Source: Planctomycetota bacterium
GTDB taxonomy: Bacteria > Planctomycetota > PLA2 > JAEUHO01
DNA: 64,000 nt
Reading direction: 5' to 3'
Assembly (NCBI GenBank): GCA_965223505.1
Contig: CBDCWP010000039.1
Coordinates: 128,001 to 192,000, forward strand
The notes under the pieces were generated by a model, which did no database searches, had not been told where the DNA came from, and saw only the letters and a list, made by a program, of their open reading frames with translations. A program made the position numbers and the translations under genes. Below are positions 29,320 to 39,759 of the stretch, in pieces. Every line of letters begins with the position of its first letter. Positions within the stretch are counted from its first letter, which is position 1.

Positions 29320-32300
29320 CGGTCTGTTTCCTTGGATTCGAGGGGGAGTTCGCGGTTGCTGCCTCCGAACATCAGCGAGTACCCGGCGGGAATCACGATG
29401 AGGTTCAGAAACGTGGATGTGATCAGCCCGCCGAGGACGACGATGGCCAACGGCGCGAGCAGCTCGCTGCCGGGCTCACCGGCCGCGAGTGCCAGGGGCA
29501 CGAGGCCGAGCGCCGCCGTCAGTGCGGTCATGAGAATCGGCACGAGCCGCTGGACGGACCCGAGGACCACGGCCTGTGCCAAGGTCTTGCCCTCGTTCTC
29601 CATCATGTGGCGGTAGTGGTTGACCAGCAGAATGCCGTTGCGCACGGCGATGCCGAACAGCGTGACGAAGCCGACCATGCTCGCGATGGAGATGATGGGG
29701 GCCTGATAGCGCCCGTCCGCCAGGCCGACGAGCGCGGCGAAGTTCGTCAGCCAACCACTGGACTCGCTGATGAAGATGGCGGCGATGCCTCCGATCAGCG
29801 CCAGCGGCAGGTTCACCATCACGAGCAGTGCCGCGCGTGTCGACCGGAACGCCATGCTCAGGAGCAGCAGCATCAGGACCGCGACACCCGCGCCCATGAC
29901 GTAGATCGTTCGCGACGCGGACTGTTGCGCCTCGAACTGTCCACCGTATTCGACCGTGTAGCCGTGGCGCTCCACGATGGGGCCTACCCTGGCCTGGATG
30001 CTCTCCACGAGGTGTCCGAGGTTGTAGCCTTCGGCGACGTTCACCGAGACGACCGCCTTGCGCTGCGCATTCTGTCGGGCGATGAGGTTCGACGCGCGCT
30101 CGATGCCGATGTCGGCGACCTCGTCCAGGCGAACGAGCGCGCCGCCCTTGCCGCGCAGGAGCAGGCCCCGAATGTCCTCCATCGTCTGTCGCTGGTTCGA
30201 CGCGAGGCGTACCACGATCTCGTAGCTGCGAATGCCCTCATTCACGCGCGCGACATTCGCACCGAAGATCGCGGCTTTGACCTGTCCGGCGGCGCCGACC
30301 GGGGAGAGACCCCAGCGAGCCAGGTCGTCCGCGCGATACCGAATGGGCAACGTCGAGATCATCACCTCGCGCTGCGCGTTGACGTCCCGTGCGCCGGGCA
30401 CCGACGCGAGCTCGGATTCGATCTCCTTTGCGATGCGTCGAAGCGTATGCAGGTCGTCCCCGAACACGTTGATCGCGACCGCCGCGGGCGTTCCCGACAT
30501 GACGTGCGACATCCGGTGCTCGATGGGTTGGCCGACCATCGTCGTGATGCCCGGGACCGCGCCGAGCACCTTGTCGATCTCGGCGCGAACGGCGTTCTTC
30601 TTGTAGCCCGGCTTGATCGTCACCTCGATCTCGCTGCTGCTGACGGGCTCCGCGTGTTCGTCTCGCTCGGCACGCCCGGTGCGGCGCACGACGGTCTCGA
30701 CGCCTTCGATCTCGGCCATGCGGCGATCCACGCCCTCCGCGAGGCGATTGCTCTCCTCGAGCGACGTACCGGGCGGCGCCATCAGGAAGACCGTGAACGT
30801 GCCTTCGTTGAACTCCGGCAGGAAGCTGGTGCCGAACGTGGAGGCGAGCGCGATGAACGCGACGGCCGTCGCCATGGAGATACCCACGACGGCCTTGCGC
30901 CAACGGAGTGCGAACCGCAGTGTCGGCTCGTAGATGCGCTTCAAGAATCGGACCAGGGGCCCGTCACGCTCTTCCTTCAGCTTGAGCTTCCCGCCGAAGA
31001 GGTGCTTGCAAAGCGCCGGTGTGACCGTCAGCGCCACCAGCAGCGACGCCAGGATCGACGTGACGTACATGTTGCCGAGCGGCCGGAAGAAGCGCCCCTC
31101 CAGGCCTTCGAGGAACAACAACGGGAGGAACACCATCACGATGATGACGGTGGCGAACACGATGGAGCTGCGAATCTCGTTGCTGGCCGTGAAGATCACC
31201 TGCGGTACGGACTTGCGTTGCGCCTTCGGCAGCAGTCGGTTCTCGCGCAGTCTTCGGAAGACGTTCTCGACGTCGATGATCGAGTCGTCGACGATCTCGC
31301 CGATCGCGATCGCCAGCCCGCCGAGCGTCATGACGTTGATGGTGCCGCCGCGGAACCCTAGGATGACGAGCGCCATCGCGATCGAGAGCGGAATCGTCAC
31401 GAGCGTGATGACCGTCGCTCTTACGTTCATCAAGAACAGAGCGAGGATGATCGCGACGATGATCGCGGCATCGCGACACACTTGAACGACCTTGTCGAGG
31501 CTGCGATTGATGAAGTCGGACTGGCGCATCACGTGGCGGTCGAGCTGCAGACCGTCCGGGAGTCCGCTTTCGAGCTGGTCGAATTTGGCGTCGATCTGGC
31601 GCGTGAGCTCGAGCGTGTTCGTGCCGGGCGCCTTCTGGATGCTGAGCACGACGGCGGGACGGCCGCGTTGCGACGCCGTGCCGCGCTTGAGCGCTCCGGC
31701 GCGCTCGACGTCCGCCACTTGGCCGATCGTCACCGGGGCGCCGTCGCGGTAGCGGATGATCGTGTTCGCGATGTCGCGCTCGCCGCGAACCCGCCCTGTT
31801 TGCCGCAGCGGCAGCTCCAGGCCCTCGACGTTGGGCAGGTATCCCGCGCCGGCGGTGCTGTGCGCGTTGTCCGCGGCTTCGACGACGTCCTGGATCGTCA
31901 GGTCGTAGAGGCGCAGGCGGGTCTGGTCGACGTTGACCTGGTATTCGGGCAACTCGCCGCCGATGGCCACCACTTGCGAGACGCCCGGCACCGACAACAG
32001 GTGGTTGCGTAGATCGAACTCACCGTACGCGCGCAGGTCGAGATCGCTGACGAGCGGCTTGCCGTCGTCGCCGAGATCGGAGCTCAACGAGACGAGCATG
32101 ATCTCGCCCGTGATGCTGGTGACCGGCGTGATGATCGGTGTGACGTCCTTCGGCAGACCCTCCGAGGCGATCGTCAGCCGCTCCGAGACGAGGTAGCGCG
32201 CCGTGTAGATGTCCGCGTCCCAACCGAACTCGACCCAGACGAGCGAGAGACCGATCGCGCTGCTGCTTCGGACCCGCCGCACGCCGGGCAGCCCGTTGAC

Positions 32301-32516
32301 ACTGCTCTCGATGGGAAACGTGACGTACTGCTCGACCTCGTCGGCGGCGTACCCCGCCGCTTCGGTCAGCACGACGACGGTCGGGGCATTGAGCTCGGGG
32401 AACACGTCGACGGGGGTGTCCGGCACCGCGTTGAACGCGAAACCCAGCACCAACAGCGCGGTGATGAGCACCAACACCGAGTTGTCGAGCGAGAACTGGA
32501 TCAGACGCTGCAGCAT
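29316..32516 (-). CDS. czcA: Heavy-metal efflux RND permease, CzcA/CusA family
   Basis: DVFPELNAP, EVEQYVTFPIE, GEIVDDSIIDVEN, EGRFFRPL, GRAERDEHA, RLVPILMTAL. Confidence 0.9.
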   Translation of the reverse strand: MLQRLIQFSLDNSVLVLITALLVLGFAFNAVPDTPVDVFPELNAPTVVVLTEAAGYAADEVEQYVTFPIESSVNGLPGVRRVRSSSAIGLSLVWVEFGWDADIYTARYLVSERLTIASEGLPKDVTPIITPVTSITGEIMLVSLSSDLGDDGKPLVSDLDLRAYGEFDLRNHLLSVPGVSQVVAIGGELPEYQVNVDQTRLRLYDLTIQDVVEAADNAHSTAGAGYLPNVEGLELPLRQTGRVRGERDIANTIIRYRDGAPVTIGQVADVERAGALKRGTASQRGRPAVVLSIQKAPGTNTLELTRQIDAKFDQLESGLPDGLQLDRHVMRQSDFINRSLDKVVQVCRDAAIIVAIILALFLMNVRATVITLVTIPLSIAMALVILGFRGGTINVMTLGGLAIAIGEIVDDSIIDVENVFRRLRENRLLPKAQRKSVPQVIFTASNEIRSSIVFATVIIVMVFLPLLFLEGLEGRFFRPLGNMYVTSILASLLVALTVTPALCKHLFGGKLKLKEERDGPLVRFLKRIYEPTLRFALRWRKAVVGISMATAVAFIALASTFGTSFLPEFNEGTFTVFLMAPPGTSLEESNRLAEGVDRRMAEIEGVETVVRRTGRAERDEHAEPVSSSEIEVTIKPGYKKNAVRAEIDKVLGAVPGITTMVGQPIEHRMSHVMSGTPAAVAINVFGDDLHTLRRIAKEIESELASVPGARDVNAQREVMISTLPIRYRADDLARWGLSPVGAAGQVKAAIFGANVARVNEGIRSYEIVVRLASNQRQTMEDIRGLLLRGKGGALVRLDEVADIGIERASNLIARQNAQRKAVVSVNVAEGYNLGHLVESIQARVGPIVERHGYTVEYGGQFEAQQSASRTIYVMGAGVAVLMLLLLSMAFRSTRAALLVMVNLPLALIGGIAAIFISESSGWLTNFAALVGLADGRYQAPIISIASMVGFVTLFGIAVRNGILLVNHYRHMMENEGKTLAQAVVLGSVQRLVPILMTALTAALGLVPLALAAGEPGSELLAPLAIVVLGGLITSTFLNLIVIPAGYSLMFGGSNRELPLESKETDR

Positions 32517-32523
32517 GCGGTTC

Positions 32524-34008
32524 CTAGTGATCCTCGGCGTGGAACGTTCCGTCGGCGTGGAAGTGGCCGCCGGCCTGCTTCGTGCCGCCGCTTGCCAGCA
32601 TGAGCTCGTAGATGCCGTCGAGAACGACCTCGTCGCCTTCCATGACGCCGCTCTCCACGACGACCCAGCGGCCGTCCGTCATGCCCAGGTCGGCGACCAT
32701 GCGGATCACCTTGTCCTCGTCCTTCGGATCCCGGCGGAAGATCACGCGCTCGAGCCCGTCGAGAATGATGCTCTTGCGCGGGATCGCGAGCATGGGCGCC
32801 GGCGTTCGCGCCAGCTCGATCTCCACCTCGGCGGAGATGCCGTTGCGTGCCCAGTGCGGCGTATCGTCGCTCGTGGGTTCGATCAACAGGTCGATCTTGC
32901 GCGTGAGCGGATCGGCTTCCAGGCCGATGGTGAGCCTGCCGAGCAGGCCATCTCGCCCGTTGCCGGGCGGCAGGATGACCGCCTTCATCCCGTCGCGCAG
33001 ATCAGCCAGGTCCGACTGCAGTCCCACGGCGTGGAAGTGCACCCGCTTCGGGTCGACGGTCTTCAGCACGAGATCGCCGACCTCGAGCCACGCGCCGTCC
33101 GTGACGCCGAGCGCTTCCACGACGCCGTCCGCGTGCGCGCTCACTTCGACGCGATCGATGACCCGCCAGCGCGGAATGGGGCGTTCCTTCGTCCCGACGT
33201 TCTCCCGCAGGTGATCGATCGTGACGTCGAGCAACGCCGCGGCGCGCGCCAGGGCCAGGTCGATGGGGGCGGCGCCCTCCGCCGGCTTCTCGAACGGCTC
33301 GCCGATAGCCGCCGCGTACAGCACCGGCGATGCGTCGCGCATCCCGGCCAGCTCGGCCAGCAGCGTCTCCCGTTCGCCTTCCAGCTTCACCGAGTCTTCT
33401 GCGGCGCGCGCCAACGCCGTCTCGAGCGCGGCCAGCTCCGCACGCGCTTCCGTGCGCGCGGTGGCGACGCCGCTTCCCGCGGCTTTGAGCTCGTCGATCT
33501 TGTGCAGCCGTTCCTGCCAGACCCCTTGCTGGTCCTTGAGGCTCTGCACGTGGCCGGCCGCGGCCGTGACGCGCGGCTCGAGCGCGTCGAGCTTCGTCCA
33601 GGTCTGGCGAACCTTGATCATCGTGTCGCTCAAGCTCGCCTGCATCTCGCGCCACTCCGGTGAGTTGACGCGAAACAGGACGTCGCCTTGCTTGACGCGC
33701 TGGTACTTCGTTACGAGCAGCTCGACGTGCCCCGAGAGCGTCGCCGCGTAGGCGCGACGCGCTTCGGGCTCGATCTCGAAGCTGCCGGGAACGCGAATGG
33801 TGTTCGCGACGTCGCGGCGCTCGACCTTCGCGAACGTGATTCCGAGATTGCGCCGCACCGCGGACGGAACGTCGATGCGGTTGGTGATCCTCTCCGTCTC
33901 CTCGGGCGGGTTCTCTTTCCCGTTGCCGGGGGCCTCGCCGCATCCCGTGAGCATGAGGGCCGCAACCAACAATGCGGCGGACGTGGGCTTCGTGTTCGTC
34001 TTCATCAT
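32524..34008 (-). CDS. RND membrane fusion (periplasmic adaptor) lipoprotein
   Basis: Lipobox LTGC; lipoyl halves; long coiled coil; C-terminal GHFHADGTFHAEDH. Confidence 0.85.
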   Translation of the reverse strand: MMKTNTKPTSAALLVAALMLTGCGEAPGNGKENPPEETERITNRIDVPSAVRRNLGITFAKVERRDVANTIRVPGSFEIEPEARRAYAATLSGHVELLVTKYQRVKQGDVLFRVNSPEWREMQASLSDTMIKVRQTWTKLDALEPRVTAAAGHVQSLKDQQGVWQERLHKIDELKAAGSGVATARTEARAELAALETALARAAEDSVKLEGERETLLAELAGMRDASPVLYAAAIGEPFEKPAEGAAPIDLALARAAALLDVTIDHLRENVGTKERPIPRWRVIDRVEVSAHADGVVEALGVTDGAWLEVGDLVLKTVDPKRVHFHAVGLQSDLADLRDGMKAVILPPGNGRDGLLGRLTIGLEADPLTRKIDLLIEPTSDDTPHWARNGISAEVEIELARTPAPMLAIPRKSIILDGLERVIFRRDPKDEDKVIRMVADLGMTDGRWVVVESGVMEGDEVVLDGIYELMLASGGTKQAGGHFHADGTFHAEDH

Positions 34009-35384
34009 CGACCTGCCGGAAAGTGGGGCGTGCGCAGCGGTTCGACCAGGGCGCGACGCCGATTGGACGCAAGCGCTCTTTCGAGACGTGCGTCCAGAAT
34101 CTGGAACTTGGTTTCGAGGACGGTCGTGAGCGCGTCCTTCAGGATCAGGATGTCCATGTCGCCGAGCTCGCCGAGGCGGCGCAGATCGGTCAGCTGTTGA
34201 TCGGCCATCGGCGCGACCTCCTCGCGCAACCACAGGTTGCGCTCGGCCGTCGCCTCGCACTCGGCACGCGAGATCGCCAGACGGCCGACGAGCTCCTCGT
34301 ACTTCGCCACGTACGCGGCTTTGGCCGCGGCGCGCGTCGCGCACGCTTCGGCGATCGCGCGCTTGTTGCGGTTCCAGATCGGCACGGGGATGCCGATGCC
34401 GGCGCCGAGGCGCTCGATGCCCTCATCCGACTGGAAGGCCGGCCCGATCTCGAGATCGGGGAACGCGCGCCGCGCCTCGTGCTTGAGCGCCTTGTCGGCC
34501 GCGTAGTACTCGGCGCGCGCGAGCGCGAGCTCGAGATTGCCGTTGCGCAGACGCGCCTCTTCGGCGACCCGCTCGATGAACGTCGGATCCGGCGCGAACG
34601 ACGGCGTCAGGTTCACATCGGCGTACGGCGTGAGCCCCATGCGCGCCTTCAGGTCGAGCAGTTCGCTGCGATATCGGTTGCGCAACCCGTTGAGCTCGCC
34701 GGTGCGGGTCACCTGCTCGAGCTCGAGCACGCGCTTCTGCGCGACGCCGATCTGGCCGGCCTCCTGGAGTGCCGTCGCGGACGCGAGAATCTGTTTCACG
34801 CTCTCGAGGTGCTGTTCGACCAGCCGCACCCGCTCCGACGTCGCGCTCCAACGGGTCCATGCGGCGCGCAGCGCGACGACGTGTTCCCATTCGGCGAGGT
34901 GGGCGGCGCGCTCGGCGGCGCTCGCATCCGCGAATGCCTGCGCGCGCTCCGCGGCCAGCCGGCCGGAGAGCGGCACGGTGAGCTGCAGACCCGTTCCCAG
35001 GACCCAGGGCGACGACACGCTCTGCAGAATCCGCAACAGGTCGAGCTCGAAGCGTGGATCATCCGGCAGGCCGGCGTTGCGCGCGCCCGCCAGCGGCACC
35101 CGCGCTTTCATCCGCGCGACGCGCAGGTCGGGGTTGAAGAGCAGCGCAATCGCCTCGGCTTCCGTGACGTCGATACCGTCGGCGACGTCGAACTCCGCGC
35201 GTTCGCCCTCGTTCAAACGCGAGAGCGACGCTGCGTACGCGCGCACGCCCGGCGCATCCGGTAGCCGGGCGCGCCACGTCTGGACGTGGGATGTCAGATC
35301 GGGAGGTGAGGCAGTGGATGCCGCTCCCGCACGGCAAGCGCCGAGGAGGATGCATCCGACCAGGAGTGGAAGAACGATTCGCAT
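34005..35384 (-). CDS. TolC/CzcC-family outer membrane efflux protein
   Basis: Lipobox LGAC; ALLFNPDLR; PDLEIG; IPVPIWNRN. Confidence 0.85.
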   Translation of the reverse strand: MRIVLPLLVGCILLGACRAGAASTASPPDLTSHVQTWRARLPDAPGVRAYAASLSRLNEGERAEFDVADGIDVTEAEAIALLFNPDLRVARMKARVPLAGARNAGLPDDPRFELDLLRILQSVSSPWVLGTGLQLTVPLSGRLAAERAQAFADASAAERAAHLAEWEHVVALRAAWTRWSATSERVRLVEQHLESVKQILASATALQEAGQIGVAQKRVLELEQVTRTGELNGLRNRYRSELLDLKARMGLTPYADVNLTPSFAPDPTFIERVAEEARLRNGNLELALARAEYYAADKALKHEARRAFPDLEIGPAFQSDEGIERLGAGIGIPVPIWNRNKRAIAEACATRAAAKAAYVAKYEELVGRLAISRAECEATAERNLWLREEVAPMADQQLTDLRRLGELGDMDILILKDALTTVLETKFQILDARLERALASNRRRALVEPLRTPHFPAGR

Positions 35385-35459
35385 GCTGGGATTCGCACAA
35401 ACGCCGGAGAGAGGACACGCGGACCTCTCGAGCGAGAGTCCGCACGTTGGGCGAATGCG

Positions 35460-35894
35460 TTAGACCAGAAGGCGATCGGAAGCGGTGACCGGGTTCGCGA
35501 GCGGCGGTGGGTCGCCTCGGTGGCACGCCCCGTGCCGCCGCGCGTGCGGTGCGGCGCACAGCGAGAGGCCTGTGTCGGTCGTCGCGATCGACGTCGTCGG
35601 GAGATGCGGCGGTACGTCGACGTCGCCGTCGACGGGCATGTTTGGCAGCTGGACGATGACGTGTTCGCCCTCGTCCTCGTCGTGGTGCGACGGCGATTCG
35701 CTGTCTTCGCCCTCGCAGCCGCAGTGGCAGACGCAGCAGTTCTTGTGCTGTTCGGAGGCCTCGTCGTGACACGAGTGCTCGGACATCAGCACCGCGTACG
35801 CGGCCTCGTCTCCGCAGCCGCTCTGACAGAAGACGAGCGGCAGCTGGAGCATCGTCCAGGCGACGACGGCGGCGTAGGTGAACGAACGGTGCAC
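35460..35894 (-). CDS. Small Cys/His-rich exported protein at the head of the efflux operon
   Basis: Hydrophobic N-terminus; HSCHD, CCVCHCGC, HHDEDEGEH; RGDPP..LL tail; start uncertain. Confidence 0.6.
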   Translation of the reverse strand: MHRSFTYAAVVAWTMLQLPLVFCQSGCGDEAAYAVLMSEHSCHDEASEQHKNCCVCHCGCEGEDSESPSHHDEDEGEHVIVQLPNMPVDGDVDVPPHLPTTSIATTDTGLSLCAAPHARRHGACHRGDPPPLANPVTASDRLLV

Positions 35895-35967
35895 GACGCT
35901 GAATGAGTACCCGCGAATCCGGGGCACGGCAAGAACGAGAACGAAGCGTTCTGCGCGAACGCGCCGC

Positions 35968-38900
35968 TTACGCCTGATTTTCGGGGCCGGCGGGCCACCA
36001 CAGCCGGAATGTCGACCCTTTGTTCGGCTCGCTCGACACGTCGATCGTCCCGCCCATGTCCTGCACGATGCGAGCGACGATGGCCAGGCCGAGGCCGGTT
36101 CCCTTGGTCTTGGTGCTGAAGTGCGGATCGAAGAGCCGCCCGAGATTCTGATCCTCGATCCCGATGCCGTCGTCCCGCACGGCAATGAGGACGCCGTCGT
36201 TTCCGCCACGCGTCTCCGCCTTGGCGCGGATCGAAACGGTGCCGTTCTCCGGGATCGACTGCACCGCGTTGACGACGAGGTTGAGCAGCACGCGCCGCAT
36301 CTCCTCTTCGTCCCAGCGCACCGTCGGCAGTGCCCCCTCGATCGTCGCGGTCACCTCGACGCCCATCGCGTGCGCGCCGTCGTGCAGCGAGGCGACATGC
36401 TCCACGAGGTTGCGCACGTCGACGTCGGTCACGTTGCGCTTCGGCAATCGCGCGAAGTTGGCGAAGTCGCCGGCGATGCGGTCGAGCGACTGGATCTGCC
36501 GCAGCACGACCGGCGCGGTCTTTTCGACGACCTCGCGCGCGTCTTCCGGGTTGCGGGCCACCTCGGCTTGCAGCTGCTGGATCATCAGACGAATCGGTGT
36601 GAGCGGGTTGCGGATCTCGTGCGCGACCTGGCGGGCCATTCTTCGCCACGCCGACTCGCGCTCCGCGCGCGCCGCGCGTTCGGTGGTCTCGCGCAGCTCC
36701 CGCGTCATCTGGTTGAACGCGGCCACGAGCTGTCCCAGCTCGTCCGGCCCTTCGCCGGGCAGCTCGAGATCGAGCTCGCCCGACGCGACCCGCTTCGTTC
36801 CGGAGGCGAGCAGGCCGAGCGGCTTCGCCAGATTGCGTGCGGCGTAGATGCCGACGACGAGCACGACGACCAGCGCGAGCAGATAGCCGGCCACCAACAC
36901 GCTGCCGGTGGTCGTGAGCTCCTGCTGTACGCGGCCCTCCTGATAGAGCAACGGCACCGCGACGGTTGCCAGCGTCTCGCCGCCGTCATCGAGCACGGGT
37001 GCGTAGCCGATCCAGACCCGGCGGCCGGCGTAGTTGGCGTCGCGCACGATGATCTGCCGCCGCTCCAGCACCGTCGCGCGATACACGGCCGCCGGGAGCC
37101 GGGGTGGCAGCAGCTCGGCCGCGACGAGTCCGGAGCGACTCGCCGAGTACACCTCGCTCTCGCGATAGAGCGCTGCGTCGAAGCGTTCGTCGGCCGCCCA
37201 GCGCACGAGATCGCGCGAGGTGGCGCGGTCGAAGACCTGATTGGTGAAGCCTTCGAGGTATCCGCGCGCGCGGGCCAGATCGCGGGAGAGGTTCGTCTCC
37301 ATCCCGGCTTCGTGGCGCTTCCCGGCTTCGCTCGTGCTCAGCATGCCGAGCAGGATCAGCGGAATGATCGAGACGACGAGGTACGAGATCAGGATGCGGT
37401 GGTGCAGGCGGCCGCGGTAGCGGTGGGCGACGGCCAGCAGGCACGCGAACGCGGCGAGTGCGCCGAGGCCGACGCCGACCACCACCAGCCGGGCGAGCGC
37501 GAGCAGCGCGTCGCCGGTGCCGGACAGGGCGCGCCGCACCGCGAACACGGCGCTGCGCGTGTCGGACCACGCGGCGTAGCCCTGGTACGTGTCGGTGCGC
37601 CAGCTCAGCGTCTCCCGGACCGCCGGGATGCTGCCGAGCTCCGACGGTCCGAAGCTGCCGAGATCGCGAGGAATCGAGTCGTCGTTCGACGCGACGACGA
37701 CGCCTTGCTGCAGGACCGCGAACGGCAGGCCGCGGCTGACGACCAGCGGATGCTGCGAGTCCTCGGCCGGCGGCGCGATGAGTCCGGAACGTCCTTGCAG
37801 CTCGAGATCGAGCAGGTCGGGCACCGTCAGCACGACGTGCCCGATGGGCTCGTTGCTCTCGGCGTCGCGGATGCGGAGCCTGCCGATGACGCTTCGCAGC
37901 GTGTTGCCGTCGCCGGCCTTGATGAGGACCTGCTCGTCGCTCTCGTCCGTGGGGCGCGTCGGTCGCCACAAGACGGTGGGAGGGAAGGCGGCCAACGAAA
38001 ACTGGTCCAGCAGAGCGCCGTGCTCGTCGAGAACGCTCACGACGCCGGGATCGCCGCGCTGCCGGAACTCGGTCTGCAGCCAGACGTGCAGCGCCAGTCC
38101 GTCCGCGACCGGTCCTCCGTCGCGTGCGCGACTCAGCGATCGGCGCAAGTGAGCGTCGTCCTGCAACCGCGCGAGCGTGACGTGCATGCCTTCCCGGACC
38201 GTGAGCTCCCGTTGCAGCACGTCTTCCAGGATGGGCGCGAGCTCCTCGCACTCGCGGTCCTGCACGTTGACCCAGAGCACAGGGAACAGCAGCACCGTCG
38301 AGAGGACGCTGAGCAAGAGGACGCGGCTCGGCAACGCGAGACCGGGCGCGCTGCGCTTGCGGCCGACCATGAGCCCCGCGATGAGCGGAATCCCGAGGGC
38401 CGCCCACTGCGCCGAAGCGACGGTGATCGCGAGCACCCACGTCAGAACGACCGAGGCGACCACCAAGGTGGTTCGCTTGGGCACGCGCCACGAAACGGGA
38501 AACCAGACCCACGCGAGCTTGAGTGCGAGGGCCGCGAGGAGGTACACCGTCGCGGTCATGGCGACGAGGCCGGTGAGCATGAGCGCCGTGGTCGTTCGCG
38601 GTGCGAACGCGCCCGCCTCGAATTCGAAGAAGGGCGTCGAACCGCCCGCGACGGCGTGGTGCACGAGCGCGAGCCACAGGGACACGACCATCGCGACCGC
38701 GAACGGCGCCGCGATCACGACGGCCGCGCGAACGCCGCGCCCCGGACGCCGGATGTGCACGAGCGCCATGCGCAGGAATACGCCCGCGAACAGAAACGCC
38801 AGCGCGGTGAGCGCGAAGTCGGCGGGGGAACGCAGCCAGCCGAGCGGGGTCTCGACCGAGAAGACGGCGGGCGAGAAGGGCTCGCTCAACCCGGGGAAGT

Positions 38901-39759
38901 AGTGCGGAATGTCGACCCACCGCAAGGCGCCTCGCGCGAGGAGCACGAGCAAGCCTGCGCAGGTCCAACGCCACGCCGAGGGCCGGATGCGGGCGACGGC
39001 GAAGCGTCGCAACACGAGCACGGCGGCCAGCCACATGACGAGCAGGCCGATGCCGAGATTGCGCCTGTTGGTCTGGGCGATGCGGTCGGAGATCGCGGCC
39101 GTCCCGCTGACGGCGACCCGCGCACCGAACAGCGGCTCGTCGGCCTTCGGGAGCGTGACCTCGACGACGGTGTCGCCGAGGTCCGTCGCCTTCGTGCCCG
39201 GCGGCACGATCTCGACGGAGCGAAGCTCGAGCGGGATCAGCCAGCGGTCGTGGAACGGCCGCGCATCGACCGACTCGGGGGCGGGTGCGGGCTGTTCGAG
39301 GATCACGGTGGCTGCCGCCCGGCCTCCGGCCAGCTCGATCGGTCCGTAGATCAGCGCGCGCAGGAACGGACCGTCGTGATACGCGATGTTTCCGGCGCTG
39401 AACGAGCGCTCCCACGGAGAGTCCGCGGGCAGGGGTCTGGGTTCGACCAGCCGTCCGGCCCAGACGGATTCGCCGGACGGGCCGTCCCAGACGAGTCCGT
39501 CGAGCCCGTGACGTTTGCGCAGCGACTCGACGGCGTCGAACCGAGGCCCGGGCGCGGCGGCGCCCTCGAGCGCGGGCGCGAGCTCCAACAGCGCGGCGCG
39601 GCAGCGCTCGACCATGTCCGTGAGCTCGGCGCCGACGCGCGCAGCGCCCCGTTGCAGGGTGTCACTGCGGCGTTCACGTACGTCGTCTTCGTCGACGCCG
39701 CAGCCGCCGAGCGCGCACGCCAGCGTCAGCAGAGCCGCGATGCAGCCTGCGCGGCTCAT
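35968..39759 (-). CDS. Large multi-TM NtrY-like sensor histidine kinase (HAMP, HisKA, HATPase)
   Basis: DELGQLVAAFNQM, AWRRMARQVAHEIRNPLTPI, NLVVNA, DDGIG, FSTKTKGTGLGL; N-terminal LGGC. Confidence 0.9.
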   Translation of the reverse strand: MSRAGCIAALLTLACALGGCGVDEDDVRERRSDTLQRGAARVGAELTDMVERCRAALLELAPALEGAAAPGPRFDAVESLRKRHGLDGLVWDGPSGESVWAGRLVEPRPLPADSPWERSFSAGNIAYHDGPFLRALIYGPIELAGGRAAATVILEQPAPAPESVDARPFHDRWLIPLELRSVEIVPPGTKATDLGDTVVEVTLPKADEPLFGARVAVSGTAAISDRIAQTNRRNLGIGLLVMWLAAVLVLRRFAVARIRPSAWRWTCAGLLVLLARGALRWVDIPHYFPGLSEPFSPAVFSVETPLGWLRSPADFALTALAFLFAGVFLRMALVHIRRPGRGVRAAVVIAAPFAVAMVVSLWLALVHHAVAGGSTPFFEFEAGAFAPRTTTALMLTGLVAMTATVYLLAALALKLAWVWFPVSWRVPKRTTLVVASVVLTWVLAITVASAQWAALGIPLIAGLMVGRKRSAPGLALPSRVLLLSVLSTVLLFPVLWVNVQDRECEELAPILEDVLQRELTVREGMHVTLARLQDDAHLRRSLSRARDGGPVADGLALHVWLQTEFRQRGDPGVVSVLDEHGALLDQFSLAAFPPTVLWRPTRPTDESDEQVLIKAGDGNTLRSVIGRLRIRDAESNEPIGHVVLTVPDLLDLELQGRSGLIAPPAEDSQHPLVVSRGLPFAVLQQGVVVASNDDSIPRDLGSFGPSELGSIPAVRETLSWRTDTYQGYAAWSDTRSAVFAVRRALSGTGDALLALARLVVVGVGLGALAAFACLLAVAHRYRGRLHHRILISYLVVSIIPLILLGMLSTSEAGKRHEAGMETNLSRDLARARGYLEGFTNQVFDRATSRDLVRWAADERFDAALYRESEVYSASRSGLVAAELLPPRLPAAVYRATVLERRQIIVRDANYAGRRVWIGYAPVLDDGGETLATVAVPLLYQEGRVQQELTTTGSVLVAGYLLALVVVLVVGIYAARNLAKPLGLLASGTKRVASGELDLELPGEGPDELGQLVAAFNQMTRELRETTERAARAERESAWRRMARQVAHEIRNPLTPIRLMIQQLQAEVARNPEDAREVVEKTAPVVLRQIQSLDRIAGDFANFARLPKRNVTDVDVRNLVEHVASLHDGAHAMGVEVTATIEGALPTVRWDEEEMRRVLLNLVVNAVQSIPENGTVSIRAKAETRGGNDGVLIAVRDDGIGIEDQNLGRLFDPHFSTKTKGTGLGLAIVARIVQDMGGTIDVSSEPNKGSTFRLWWPAGPENQA

